Of a stretch of DNA of 64,000 nucleotides, positions 27,425 to 42,718 are shown in pieces. Source of the stretch: Octopus vulgaris. Its lineage: Eukaryota. The stretch covers positions 27,404,001 through 27,468,000 of the forward strand of contig OX597825.1 in assembly GCA_951406725.2 (NCBI GenBank), given 5' to 3'. Both the position numbers and the translations under genes were made by a program. The notes beneath the pieces were generated by a model. That model had not been told where the DNA came from, made no database searches, and saw only the letters and a list, made by a program, of their open reading frames with translations. The stretch's first letter is position 1. Every line of letters begins with the position of its first letter.

Positions 27425-27932
27425 TGGCTCTCGTGGCTTCTAATCTTAACTGATTGGAAGTGTTACCATGTACATTATTTTGTCTTCGTATAGAAGATGG
27501 GCTACTGCAAATATTCTGCTAAATACCACAGATTTGCTTATCAATTCTTTCACCATAACCACTTAAGCATGTCCCTTAGTGGCTGACGATACTTGCATCT
27601 CTGATCACGAGCAGAAGTAAAGGGGAGCAGCATAGCAATGCGTTGAGAGGGATTCTTTGGGGTTTGAATAATTCACCTCTGGAAACATGGGTGCTTCGTT
27701 CAACATCCTTAAACAGAACTTATTCAGGAACCTTTTGAGCGGGAAGGGATACTCGACCAGAAGAAAATTATAACTGGGCCCCACCTGCAAGGTCATGATA
27801 TGAAATCACAATATCGCGCATATATGGTTGTGATAAATGTACCTTATCATACGCGTAGGCACGATGGATATGCCGGGCTTCGTATTTTTTACCCCAGTGT
27901 CACTTTGTTGGCATGTACTGCTCTCTCGCTCA
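27423..27932. mobile_element. Dispersed ~0.5-kb non-coding element flanked on both sides by (AAT)n
   Basis: Colinear and highly similar to 55117-55563. Both copies sit inside (AAT)n tracts. Confidence 0.85.
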
Positions 27933-27946
27933 GTAATAATAATACC

Positions 27947-27977
<31 letters not shown>

Positions 27978-28039
27978 TCGAAAAATATATATACCAAGAT
28001 AAAACATTGTACATCAAGAAGAAGGAAAAGAAGACGTTG

Positions 28040-28122
28040 ATGATAATGATGATGATGATGATGGTGATGGTGGTGGTGGTGATGATGATGATGATGATGA
28101 TGATGATGACGACGACGACGAC

Positions 28123-28155
<33 letters not shown>

Positions 28156-28478
28156 TTATAAGTAGAAGAAAAAGAAGAAAAAGGAAGAAGAAGAAGAAGA
28201 AGAAGAAACAGAAGAAGAAGAAGAAGAAGAAAAAGGAAGAAGAAGAAGAAGAAGAAAAAGGAAGAAGAAGAAGAAGAAGAAGAAGAAGAAGAAGAAGAAG
28301 AAGAAAGGAAGAAGAAGAAGAAGAAGAAGAAGAAGAAGAAAAGAAGAAGAAGAAGAAGAAGAAGAAGAAGAAAAGAAGAAGAAGAAGAAGAAGAAGAAGA
28401 AAAAGGAAGAAGAAGAAGAAGAAGAAGAAGAAGAAGAAGAAAAAAGGAAGAAGAAAAAGTAGAAGAAAAGAAGAAGAT
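28040..28478. repeat. Compound (GAT)n/(GAC)n/(GAA)n microsatellite
   Basis: Directly visible, and explains the low-complexity ORFs at 27800-28612. Confidence 0.95.
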
Positions 28479-29879
28479 GGATCAATAGAGAAATGGATCG
28501 ATCGATAGATACATAGAGAGCGAGAAAGAGAGAGATCGAAAGGTAGATGTTCATGTAAACATGTATTTATATTTCCCCGATAAGTTCTTTTTCTTTTTTT
28601 CTTAAGAGTCATAATTTTAAACTAATCTCTTTTTCCAAGCAATAATCGGCGCATCTAGCGGTGCACATTTCCGCATTCAATTCTTTGACTCGTCATTCGT
28701 TTCGATTTTTATTTGGTTCTCAAATATTTCTTCAGAACTTACGAATAAATCACTAGGTTTATAGAAACCTAACTATAAAAACCATTCTCTATATCCACAC
28801 GCCCACACACATATAAACATACTTATTTACGCATATAGGCACATAATATATATATATGTAAGCGTATATATATATGCATGCAATCTCACACTCACATATG
28901 TTAATGTTATAACGTATAGATGTATGCTTGCGTGTATGTACGTGTGTTATATCTCTGAGATACAGATCTACATTGATATTAAATGTGGTTATCTGGTACA
29001 ATAAACATTAACATTAATAGCTCTAAATACGTGGGGACAAGTTCAGTTGACCCATATCTTTAATCTCTGAAGTAATTAAATCTTCTCTTAAGTGACCATC
29101 AAGTTGATAATAAAACTCATCGTATATCTTAAGCAAAACCGATGTGCTTTCCCTGTAAGCTAAGCATTGTTCACTGTTTACCATAGCAATAACACTATCT
29201 GTGAGGCAGTTATTTCAACAGCAATAAGTTCTTGGTGCTCCGCAGAAATTTGACTGACATAAAACTGTCAGTCATGTTTCCTACTTCATCCGTATCCAAG
29301 GACTATTTTATTATCTATTAATAAATGCAATTCTCGTTTCCTGTTACGCTTAGATTTGTAAATCTTATTTTAAAATGAAATGAGAAATTTCTAATATTCC
29401 GCTACTAGAACAAAGCGTTTAATCGAAAAATACAAAGTGTGCTAAGAAACAATATATTGAACGACTATATACTATGCTATATAAATATTCCAGGGCTTGC
29501 AATGTACTGTCAAATAAAACGGCATGATTGCATTATGTGATGTTATTTTAGTGTTGTATGATGAATGAATGTTGATACGACCGTGTAGAACTGCAAATAC
29601 ATGCAGAGGAAACAAAATAGTGTTTTGCAGTTTTTTGTTTCACTCTTGACAACAGTAAGTGAAGTTGCTTGAATGATATATCTAGTGGTAGTATATCTGG
29701 AGATTAATAGTTCATATCCTAGGATTTGCTATTGGTATTTCCCCATGTACTGTGAAGCGTATGCATTATTCTACTCAACATCTGTTGATACTCCTACGAG
29801 TATCATACCGCAAGTCATGCAAATGAGTATGTTTCTATTAACTCACATAGATCGTTCAGATCGCATATATTTGTAGAGT

Positions 29880-31460
<1,581 letters not shown>

Positions 31461-31469
31461 CTTCAGTGA

Positions 31470-32122
31470 TACTGGATGTATCCCCCCAACACCTGAGAAA
31501 TTGAGACGACACGGGTGATGAGAGACTTCCAGTATTTTAAGGTAATTTTTATCTACATTATTTACATTATTTACAATTAACGGATAGTTTTCCTCAACTT
31601 GTTTGTATCTCCGAAAAGATACAAAAGATATGCGGCCCATATGATATCAAGACCGTAATTAAAACTAATACAACACTTCGCAAATACCCCACTCGAGTAA
31701 AACAACCAAGAGAATATGACTAAGAACTGCGTGTACACCATCCTATGCAGCTGTGGTAGGTTATACAAAGGTGAAACACGTCGCCCCCTCAATATAAGGG
31801 TAGAGGAACATGGAAAAGATGTGACACGAGGAGGTATTGATAAATCATGTATGGAAAAATGGAGACCACTTCCCCCTGTAGGATGAAGTTAAAATAATAG
31901 ACAGAGAACACTACTGGAAAATATGAAAACTAAAAGAAGCAGCACATATGCTAGGGCACAATAACCTCCTAAGCAGACCGAGTGAAGATATGAGCAGCAT
32001 ATGGGAAATGGTATTCAGGAAGGATAGGAGAATATTATATAGTTATAAGCCCTAAAATTCAGTCCATAATTACCCACGGGCATACGGTGTAATGGTTAAA
32101 AGCGCGGACTACTAAGCCCAAG
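31470..32122 (+). mobile_element. Penelope-like element 3' fragment: GIY-YIG endonuclease relic with an inverted terminal-repeat piece at its 5' side
   Basis: 31716-31846 encodes MTKNCVYTILCSCGRLYKGETRRPLNIRVEEH, followed by VKIIDREH..KLKEAAHM..NLLSRPS. A tRNA-like segment lies at 32074-32122 and an inverted tail copy at ~31559-31605. Confidence 0.85.
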
Positions 32123-32144
32123 TTATATATATATATATACAAAC

Positions 32145-32213
<69 letters not shown>

Positions 32214-32225
32214 CACAGACACACA

Positions 32226-32266
<41 letters not shown>

Positions 32267-32289
32267 TATACATACATATATGCATACAT

Positions 32290-32322
<33 letters not shown>

Positions 32323-34761
32323 TACATATATATATATAATATGTATGTATGTTTGTATATATTTTTCACTCGGAAATTGTTTGGGAATATCTTGTAATGT
32401 AATTTTATATAATTTGTAACTGTGTACAAATATAGCGATTCCAAGTCATACCTAACATTGTAGGAAAGATTACAAATTCTACGACCAAAATAATCTAACC
32501 TCAAAAATACTACATCTCTTTTATCCATTTAATTTTTCAATCAACGAATTTTTCTCTAGTTTCTGGAAATATCCTAATTATCATAACACCGAAAACATCG
32601 TCTCTAAATTTGTATTTCAATTGAAATCACTAAAGAAGTATTTTATTTTTTAAGCAATTAAATAATGATTCTAAAATAAAATATATTTAAGATCAAAGAC
32701 AAGCTATTCGTCTAAGTTTCATTGAAATAGATTCTAAATATATCGTTAACGTTTATTTGGGATTTGTTTTTCGTTCAAATATGACAAATATGAGGCAGTC
32801 AGAATGAATCTCAAACATGACATTTTGTTTGTTTGTTATCTCTGTTCTCTGATTCCGATATTTCTAATTTGGTGTTCGGGAGAAGGAAATTGTTACAGTG
32901 CGTGTCTGTTATGTAAATAGTTCTTTGTGTGCTTAATCATCTTAATTCTTTTATCTCTCTGAAAGGGAAATGAAGTTAGCGAAACATTATCGAACGAAAA
33001 TCGTTCCTTTGAGACAGCTGCTGACTGTCGCTTGCAATAAACCATTGGTCGTATTCTGTCAGAAAGGAAATTGGTTTTATATTACGAATACGAACTGCAA
33101 TTAGGGATATTTGGACGGAATCAACAGGGCTTATTTTCTTGTAATCTATGGCTAAGGAATCCAAAGTTACCGTCTTCGCTAAGAAAGCTGCTCTAATAAT
33201 AATCAAACTGAAATGTTTTTCAATCATGTGAGTAGGCGTAATGTTTGCTTCTCATCACAGTAAAATTTACTTTGCGAGTTATTGTTATTGTAGTGAATTA
33301 GCTTCGGCAGGCATCAAATATACGCCGCACATCAACTAAGAGATTTGGTATGTTAGTACCATATTTAATGGTTTATTTCATTTAAATTTTTGAAAATGTC
33401 TTGAAAATATTTCAAGTAAAAGAATGACTTCAAATACACTAGGTAAATATAAATGATCACACAATATATGATTTATAATAAGTTATTACATATTGGATAC
33501 GGTTTTCACTGATAGCCAATACAGTGTATGTGTGTGTGTGCGTGTGTGTGTCTGTGTGCCTATGTATGTATGTACAGCTTCATGTAAGCAGACACGCTAC
33601 ACAGACGTATGTTTGTATATATTTACATATGTAAACGTTAACGTTAATTTGGGAATTGTTTTTCGTACAAATATGACAAATATGAAGCAGTCGGAATGAA
33701 TCACTTTCAAATAACGGGTATTACAATTGGCATTGTAGTAACAGCATGTTCGCAGTAACATATGATATATACCGGCATACGGCGGTTAGGCAGTTAGCTA
33801 AGCAGTGTAGTACTGTAGCAGATGTGACTGTAGAAGTCACTCTTTATCTAGGACAATGCCAAGTGTATTATAAGTGCAGCATATATATATATTGAGAATA
33901 ACATTACTTTCGTCATTTTTCAGGAAATGATTATCATAAAAAACTAATTTATAGCATTCAACTAATATAACTTGTTGGTGAACAATTATTTACTTCTGGA
34001 TGGAGTTAATCAGAATGGAATGTCATTCTTTTCATATAGCTTACTGATTGATCATCTTTTGTTAATTTATAATAATTAAATATGGTGCTTTTTAGGTCAT
34101 AACTCCACTAAATATGAGTTTTAATGTTACGATTGCTTCTACAGCTAGAATTGAAAATAACGTTTAACGTTTTCTGTCTTTCCTTTTAGTTCTTTTTGCG
34201 GCAGTGTTGATGCTATGCTACGGTTACTCGTTTTGTAAAGGTTTTCCTTCGGTTCTTATTCATAATGTTGATGCTGTATCACCACAATTCTATCTACATG
34301 ATTAATTCAGCCAAGATGATTGGAAGAAAAACCACGTGGCTTAATATTGGTTCTGTCTAGAGAAGATCATTACATCAATTATAATAAACAGCTGCAATTG
34401 TTAAGTTTCACTCAGCTCTTGTTAGGTGATTGTTTATTTACCTAACGAACTGACTAAACATTTGTTTTATTTATTGGATAATCAATGAATTTACTGTTTG
34501 CCAAAGTCCTTTCATCGCTATTTACGGCCTCATCAATGACATATTCTCTTTCCTCTTAGTCTCTTCTGATTTTGTCGCTTTTATTTCAAAACATAAGCTC
34601 ACATTCACTATCTTGCAAGCCATATCAAGAAACAGAAAACACGAAATAAATAATATTCCACGCTAAATATGCGACTCTTCACGTCAAGTGGTACTTTAAT
34701 ATACCATTGAACAAAAAAAAAATAGATAGTTAACATATTCACAGAAGCTTTGCTTCTATGA

Positions 34762-36412
34762 TTAGTAGTTGATGTAAGAGCCATTTTGTTTGACTACCTC
34801 AATGCGTCTGTTAGTAGATTCAGCCAGTGTTTGTTAGCAGAGGGCAGGACTGCCTTAGCAGAGTCTTTTATTGCTTTCCAAAGTGTTTCTGTAGATGTGT
34901 GCAACTTGCCAATCTGGTAGGTCTTATGTTTGAGGATGCTCCAGAAATTCTCGCTGGAATACAAATCTGGAAAACAGGTTGGCCACTTCGTTAAAGTTTC
35001 TGCTTTGAAGCCCAGTGAGGAAAGAGGACCTCTTTGGTTCTCTTAGCAGCATGTGTTGGGGCCTATCGTGCATAAAATTAACCTTGCTAAGCTCATATAA
35101 TGGCATCTCATCAAACCAGTCAGGATATACTTAATAAAGTTACAATATGTGATAGCTTAATCTTCATACATTCTGTCACTTTAAATGGACCAATCATTCT
35201 GTCTCCCATGATGCCAGTCCATAACATGACTCCTCCTCTTCCTTCTGGCTAACGGTGTAAACGCACGTGAGCGGGGTTGTCATAAAACACCCATTCCTTA
35301 ACCCAAACATCAAGCCCCTCTAGTGTGGCTCGGTAAGGCGGCGAGCTGGCAGAAACGTTAGCACGCCGGGCGAAATGCGTAGCCGTATTTCGTCTGCCGT
35401 TACGTTGAGTTCAAATCCCGCCGAGGTCGACTTTGCCTTTCATCCTTTCGGGGTCGATTAAATAAGTACCAGTTACGCACTGGAGTCGATATAATCGACT
35501 TAATCCGTTTGTCTGTCCTTTCTGTGTTTAGCCCTTTGTGGGTAGTAAAGAAATATGTATTACGTCTGCCGCTACGTTCGGAGTTCAAATTCCGCCGAGG
35601 TCGACTTTGCCTTTCATCCTTTCGGCGTCGATTAAATAAGTACCTGTTATGCACTGATGTCGATATAATCGACTTAATCCGTTTGTCTGTCCTTGTTTGT
35701 CCTCTCTGTGTTTAGCCCCTTGTGGGTAATAAAGAAATAGTTACTCATCAGAGAACAAAATATGATTGTCATCACTCTTCATATACATTATATCCCATTC
35801 TAACCGAGCTTTTTGTGTTTGGGAGTCAACGGAGGCTTGCACGCAGGTTTCTTCCCTTTGGCCAAGCTACCAATTACTTTATTTCTCTCTTGTTTTGTAG
35901 ACATCTTCAATACCAGCGTCTTTAAATAAATTTTTACTAGTACATCCGAGATGATTTTTAATTAAGCATCGCTTGAGAAGGGAAATATCTGACGCTGTGA
36001 CTGCTCGGTACTTACCGTTATCACTGATCTCTTTCCGATACTTGGGATTTGTAAATTTTTGTAAATTTTGTAAATAGAGAATTGTTTTCACATGACGACC
36101 TAATTTCTTGGTCAATTTATCTGCAGAATTGGCTTTACTTATTTCTTTTAAAATCTAGTGCCTCTCATAGTCTATAAGATCTTTTCCACACCCCGTCATT
36201 TGAAATCAATATTATGACTATTAATTCTGTTCACTTCAAAGAGAAAATTGTTGATTAATGGAAATTTTTTAAAAAACAGCAAATATTAATTTTTTTATAC
36301 AAACCAAAATCAGCGTACTGTACTATCATGTAAATGTTCTTCAAAATACCACGGGTAGTTATTTAGAAAATCTAAAAAAACCCATCATGGACTATTATCT
36401 CGGTTCTCAGTA
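34762..36412 (-). pseudogene. Decayed Tc1-superfamily transposase split by a SINE insertion
   Basis: RLEW..ILFSDE|RATLEGLDVW..GGVMLWTGI..GPFKV..FMHD..WPTCFPDL.SSENFWSILK..NGSYINY*. Start region near 36199. Confidence 0.85.
35335..35740 (+). mobile_element. SINE family A dimer inserted in the Tc1 transposase
   Basis: Full head AAGGCGGCGAGCTGGCAGAAACG. The second unit begins after AAAGAAATA at ~35556. Confidence 0.9.
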
Positions 36413-36424
36413 TATATATGTATA

Positions 36425-36496
<72 letters not shown>

Positions 36497-36561
36497 CATG
36501 TATGCATGTATGTATGTATATGTATATATGGCTACATATTTATATATATGCGTGTTTGTAT

Positions 36562-37432
36562 ATAAATAATGTGTTTTTATACTTCTTTTATTTTTCAAAA
36601 TTAAGATAAACATGTTTCTAAATCTAAAATATACTCTGCTTCATTTTCTACAATTCCCTTCCGTCTATCTGGTAGATTTGCAAAGCTCCTATTCCAAAAT
36701 TCACTTGTCCGTGACGAAAAATACTTCTCCAGTACTGTTCTGACCTTGTCCATAGAATTCATGTTTTCCATCCAAGTGATTTAGAAGACTGCAGTATACA
36801 TGATAATGAGACGGGACAATGTCTGGCGAATATCGTGGGTGGAGCATCGTTTCCCATTCAAACTGATCCAGCCTTTGGAATGTCATTCTCGCTGTATGTG
36901 GCTGTGTATTATCCTGATTGAGGAATACCTTTCCTCTTGAAAACAAAGATGGTCGTTTTTCTTCTAACACTGGCATGAATGACCCGTTGAATGCCCAATT
37001 CGAAGCTTCTCTGCTAGTTCTTCAACAGTTACGATGTGATTTTGTTTCACCACGGTTTGCAGGACGTACAGATCTTCTAGGACGAAGTTCATCTTCTAGG
37101 TTGTAGTCTGCGGCTCAGTAATTCTGGAAACCCCGTTGAGTCTGGATTAGGCTTATTGTCCGAACCCCATATACTGCACTGATATTTCCTTCATTCATTG
37201 AACTCATAAGCCGATATATCCCGAATATGCTCCTTTGTCACTTCCATTGTAGAACTGAAAATATAATTGTTAAAATCTAACTGCATTCTCCAAAAAATGG
37301 ACTAAGAATAAGTACAAGGTAAAATTACTACCTGCTTTTATAGCACGTTGATGGAGGTAGATTATTTCGTTACCCTCCGACCTTTAGTTCATGTAATTGA
37401 GAAAACCGCATTATTTATAGGATGACCCAATA
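36562..37432 (-). pseudogene. Internally deleted mariner element
   Basis: N-terminus MEVTKEHIR..EFN..VYG..LEDE.RPRR (ATG ~37247), C-terminus QDNTQPHTA..LHPRYSPDIVPSHYHVYCSL. TIR TATTGGGTCATCCTATAAATAATGCGG at 37406-37432, with a partial copy at ~36562. Confidence 0.85.
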
Positions 37433-37434
37433 CA

Positions 37435-38650
37435 TACACAAGCAGAACAGAAGTAAATATACACCACATAAAACATGTAACATGTAAAGGTTTATAATTG
37501 TTTTTTATTAATTGATAATTTTATGTTTCAGGTTCTATATGTGACTATTTAAAGAAGCCTTGGAATTGTCTGAATTTTGCAGAGGCTGTATTGTAGGTCA
37601 TTTTGAAGGTGGACATAGTTAGCATAAAACCATAGAGAACATTGGGATCTCGTTTTCTACAGTTAATAGAATGATTGTGCAATTCACCAGAGAGGAGAAC
37701 GAGTCAACAGCAACTCGCCCAGATCAACCAGGGCCCTCTGACAGGACCTTCACTTTGTTAAGAGAAGTATGGGGGATAATCCTCGTTGCGAGGCCCCTGA
37801 CATAGGAAACTAGCTGACGTCAGTCCCAGAACTGCGATTAGGTATATCCACACACTATGGCAAAGCAGCAAGAAGGAAGACAGTTCTTCGCCCAATCAAT
37901 ATGAAACGGAGAAAAAATTGTGCCAGTGAGATGGTTGAGAGGCTAGTAGCATTTTGGGATGCTGTCATATTCTCTGATGAGTCCAGATTTCCTGTATTTT
38001 CTGACAGTGATCACGTGTGGGACTGGAGAGTCTATGAAAAATTTTTTATGTGAAAAGATCGCAACCAACAATGAAACACGGCAGCTATTCTGTGATGCTC
38101 TGGGGAGCAAAATGGAACAAAGGTGAATCTGAGCTGGTGGAGTGGGAGGGAAACATAAACTAAAGTAAATATGTGTCCATATAGCAGAAACGACATTTTT
38201 CAATTTTTTCCAGTAATGAAACGATTAAAAAAGATCTATATTTATAGACCATAGGGTTCCTTGTCGTACAGCTAAACTGACACAAGAATTGTTGGACGAA
38301 AATGGCATGAACAAGCTTCCATGGCCAAGCCAGTCACCAAATATGAACCCCATTGAACACTTCTTGGACATAATGAATAGGACATTTCATAAAAAGAAGA
38401 AATCATTTTCAAAGTCAAATCTTTTGAGATTATAGCATGAAACTTGACAAGAATTCCGCAAGAGAATATTCGTTATTGAATCAGTAACAGGCCTAAAAGG
38501 GTCTTTGCATTGAAAAAGGCAAAGGGCATGTCTACTAAATATTAAATATTTACTTCATAATAATTATTTAATAATTTGAATGCATAATTTCAGATTCAAA
38601 TAAATTTTCATGATTGTATTAACTTCTATTTATTCTGCTAGTCCGTGTAT
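37435..38650 (+). pseudogene. Decayed Tc1-like element
   Basis: FWDAVIFSDESRF (~37952-37990) and LPWPSQSPNMNPIEH (~38316-38360). Imperfect TIRs TACACAAGCAGAACAGAAGTAAAT / ATTAACTTCTATTTATTCTGCTAGTCCGTGTA. Confidence 0.85.
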
Positions 38651-38654
38651 ATAC

Positions 38655-38694
<40 letters not shown>

Positions 38695-38846
38695 GTATGT
38701 ATGTATGTATGTATGTATGTATATATGTATGCATGTATACATATATATATATATGTATATATGCATATATACATATATATATGTATGTATATATGCATCT
38801 ATATACATATGTATGTATAAATATATGTATAAGCACACGCACACAC

Positions 38847-38921
<75 letters not shown>

Positions 38922-39240
38922 TATAATATGTCGTATATGCGTGTGTGTATATGTGTATGTATTTATTGTGTATATAGTGTCTACACACTATATTGTCGGG
39001 AAAATATCTAATTGTACTGAACGCTATGACAATGTTGGACTGCATAAAAAATAAGAAGAAGTACAATAAAATAGTAAATCTCGCAATATAAGCACATCGT
39101 GTTCAGTAAAAATAGCATAACTGTTAACTGTAACTGAATATATGATAAGACTTCGCAAATAACACGAAGCTATATAATTTTCTGGAAACACAAACCAATA
39201 CAACAACGACAGTGCAGCAATACGAATTTAATAGATTGCT

Positions 39241-39476
39241 CAGAAGGCGGCTAGCTGGTGGAACCGTTAGCACGCCGGGCGAAATGAATAGCCGTATCTC
39301 GTCTGCCGTTACGTTCTGAGTTCAAATTCCGCCGATGTCGACTTTGCCTTTCATCCTTTCGGGGTCGATAAATTAAGTTCCTGTTACGCACTGGGGTCGA
39401 TGTATTCGACTAAATTCGTTTGCCTGTCCTTGTTTGACCCCTCTATGTTTAGCTCCTTGTGGGTAATAAAGAAACA
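39241..39476 (+). mobile_element. SINE family A monomer
   Basis: Full head, core and tail, with a 12-bp TSD TAATAGATTGCT (39229-39240, 39477-39488). Confidence 0.92.
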
Positions 39477-40249
39477 TAATAGATTGCTTATTAATAATAC
39501 ATTCATATATGTATTATCACAAAGGAAGAATACCGTATTGTATTAAAAGAATACCCTGAAAACTTTTCAGAGAAAGGAGCAACACATCTTCAATATTTCT
39601 AATAATTTTGTCTGATTGATAATCCCCATCACCACAATCCTTTTCCGTATTCTTATTAATTCATCAAGCGCCTCGTGGTGCATGTAAGCAATTTAAATGT
39701 TTGTTCGAGCGGCATATGCGATTTAAAATCTCGCCATTTTAATATTCCTTTGACAGTAAAAATTCAGAGCTCCTAGCAGAAATTTAGCACAAAAGGTAAC
39801 AAGGTTTCAACACTGTTGCTTTCTACAATTAGGACCAAACTCGATGCATAGTATAATAAAATATGTTGGCCATATTTTTCCCTCCGTCTGGAAACAGTAC
39901 TAAAGTTTTCCAATTCAACTAATCTTACCACTGATATTTATTCAGTCGATTAGTTCCTTAAATTATAAGCAAATTGGCCAGTGTAATGATAAATATTTTA
40001 TTCCGTAGGGATATGAATACCGTGTGAGTCAGCTTCACGAGAAAATTCATTAAATGAGGTCAAATTATAGAATATCTTTTTGAATGAATATAAGTATAGG
40101 TACAAAAGGATATGTCTCGGTGTGTTGGTGTGTCTCTGTGCATATATATATATATATATATATATAGGGAGAATTCACAAAAAAAAAGACGTAAACAGGT
40201 GGTGTAGACAACAAACAGATGTATTAGTATAACTCTTGGGAAGTGAAAA

Positions 40250-40287
40250 GTTTTTCACGTTTCGAGCCTACATTCTTCCACAGAAAG
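40250..40287 (-). ncRNA. Degenerate hammerhead-like motif in a (TA)n-adjacent repeat fragment
   Basis: TTT-CTGTGGA-AGAATGTAGGCTC-GAAACGT-GAAA. The core deviates from CUGANGA. Confidence 0.35.
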
Positions 40288-40379
40288 AAACAAGGAGAGA
40301 AAATAAAGAATATGTAGTGGCTAGCGATCTAACATGGCGGATACCAGGACTTTTGGTATAAAGCCAGAAATATTTTGTG

Positions 40380-40536
40380 AGGTTACATCGAGCCCAGTGT
40401 TCCACTGTTCGACCCCTGAATGAATGAAATGCAAATTTAACTTCGACGGAATTTGAACTGACGAGGTGAAAACGGAAGAAATTGCGCTAAGCATTTTGCC
40501 CGGCGTGCTAACGATTTTGCCAGCTCACCCCGCCTT
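40380..40536 (-). mobile_element. Decayed SINE family A
   Basis: GCTAAGCATTTTGCCCGGCGTGCTAACGATTTTGCCAGCTCACCCCGCCTT is the reverse of the head. Confidence 0.75.
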
Positions 40537-41906
40537 TAGCATATTAAATATTAATCAATAATCATTACGTAGATTATTTAACGTCTGGTGCTCCATTATG
40601 AGAAACGTAAATACAAAGTTAGCGGAAGAGAGAATGATTAGAAATTGCTGGAGATCAAGGTATTTTATAATTAATTTATAATTTATAAAATTAATATTCC
40701 AGAGCAGTGAATAATTGTTTTATTTCAGCTTTTATTTGATTATAATAATTACGTAATTTTTTTTTATATTTGAATAGCATAACAGTTAGCATAGTGTTGG
40801 TAAGAGATCAATATATATTCCTGAGGCTAACACAGCCCAAGGCTTCCATAATGTTTTAGGTGACCTCCTTCATCGAAACAGAGATATTTTATAAATAACC
40901 CTATACTACACACATCTTGTGATTTCCTGAAGCACTAAACCGAGTAATGTTTTGTGCGAGTGCAATCAACTACGGGACTTAAATGTTTGAATCACGTCTT
41001 TTGAAAGATATCTTGAAAATAAGCAATACTTTAATTATAACCAACATGTATTTTACAGATACAGAAGCCTCTTGAAACACCATCTTCTGCACAATAATCT
41101 CGATGAATTGTGTATTATACTCACGAAAACTTAATTATCTCGACTTTGGCAAACATGTCAGCGTGTATGAATAATTAAAAAGATGAAAATAATTTATAAA
41201 CACAAATTTACATAAAATTAAAATCCGAATAATTTTCTGGTTGCCAATGGTTTGGTATGTGTTGATTGTCTAAAACCAAGAGTGTTTTAACAATGTGTCA
41301 TTTTAGAATCATTAATACTTATAATTACTCGTTTGGATACAAATACGAATATACAATTATAAGAAAAATAAAATAATGATAATTATAAGGAACAAAATAA
41401 TGATGTATTTCGCTAAAAAATATTGTTACCCATCCCTTAATACGTTGATGCTTACTACTGTCATGTAGCTTATAACGACTTCACTTTAACGTCATATATA
41501 TTATGTAATCACAGAGTTAATATGATTAAGTACCAATCCTAAATATTAGAAAGCACTCATGAAATATAGAATAATATTGCATAAACATTTAAGAACTTTG
41601 GCAGAAGTTTATTTATTCAATAATATCATAAATTCTGAATAAGCTCATACTAAAATTTTTAAAATTTGTAATGACAAAAGTTACGAAAACTTTAACTCTG
41701 AAGTTATTTTTCGTAACATCGGGAAATAAATGTTAGTAATTTTTAGATCGCAGTCCACATTAATCTGAATGATATATGCACGATTTATGCGACGACGTGT
41801 ATCACATAACCTGTACAGTATGACTAAGAAAAAGCGGAAGATTTTTTGGTGATTTTTCAGTAGAGATTCTTACAAATAAGTCTTTTATATTTTACCTATT
41901 TCAGTC

Positions 41907-41978
<72 letters not shown>

Positions 41979-42564
41979 ACTAATATCGCAAACACAAAGT
42001 TAAACAATATACACGCCTGATTCATTATATTTCACATGCTCCGAAACAACCGAACGGAGGATGGTTTTGCCCTATAAAAATGTTCTTAGGAGAAGCATTT
42101 TATAGGCAGCACGAATGAAAACATATTAATCTCTGAATGACGCCACTGATGCGTAGGTTATGTGCATTTGTGTTATGTTGCATGCCCTCAGCGACGAATA
42201 CCGAATTAGCGAATCTGTCCTTGACTGCCGAATATGAAAGATATTCGGTCTGCATAAGAACAGAAAATAGTATCCCTGCCGACATGCTCGAAGTTTCGTA
42301 AAGGTGTATGAAAGAAACTAGAATCGTACGAAGCAGCGTTGAATTATCGTCCTTAAACGCCTGCGAAAGGGGCATTCAGTATTCGTAGCTGATGAGATGC
42401 AATAATGTAGTGTCACGTTCGTCCCACGATCCACTGGCGTAATATATGTTTACACATATTACCGGTGAGAAAAATTTTTTACTGACAATATTACAGCAGC
42501 TAAAGTTATTTGCAGGTACGAGTAAACACGAACGCGTTAACTAAGTTTGTATATGCATATAAAT

Positions 42565-42718
42565 TCTAATTTTACTCAACACATTTTGCTATCAGATCCA
42601 CGCATACTTTGCAGCGATCTTTCAGTTTTTCTAAGTACTGTAAAATAACGCGGGAGGCTGAGCCTCTAACCTGGCCTTTAGCAATATCCCTAAAACCAGG
42701 AACTTTTCAGCACCCCTG
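42565..42718 (-). mobile_element. Mariner-derived non-autonomous fragment
   Basis: Terminus CAGGGGTGCTGAAAAGTTCCTGG followed by the C-terminal relic LEKLKDRCKVCVDLIAKCVE*. Confidence 0.6.

Noticed and set aside
27806-28612. 268-aa minus-strand ORF
   Set aside because: Almost entirely compound trinucleotide repeat.
37970-37990. CTGATGA as a hammerhead core (also at ~25307, ~35745 and ~42389)
   Set aside because: Explained by Ser-Asp-Glu codons of transposases, or lacking stem II and a correctly placed GAAA.
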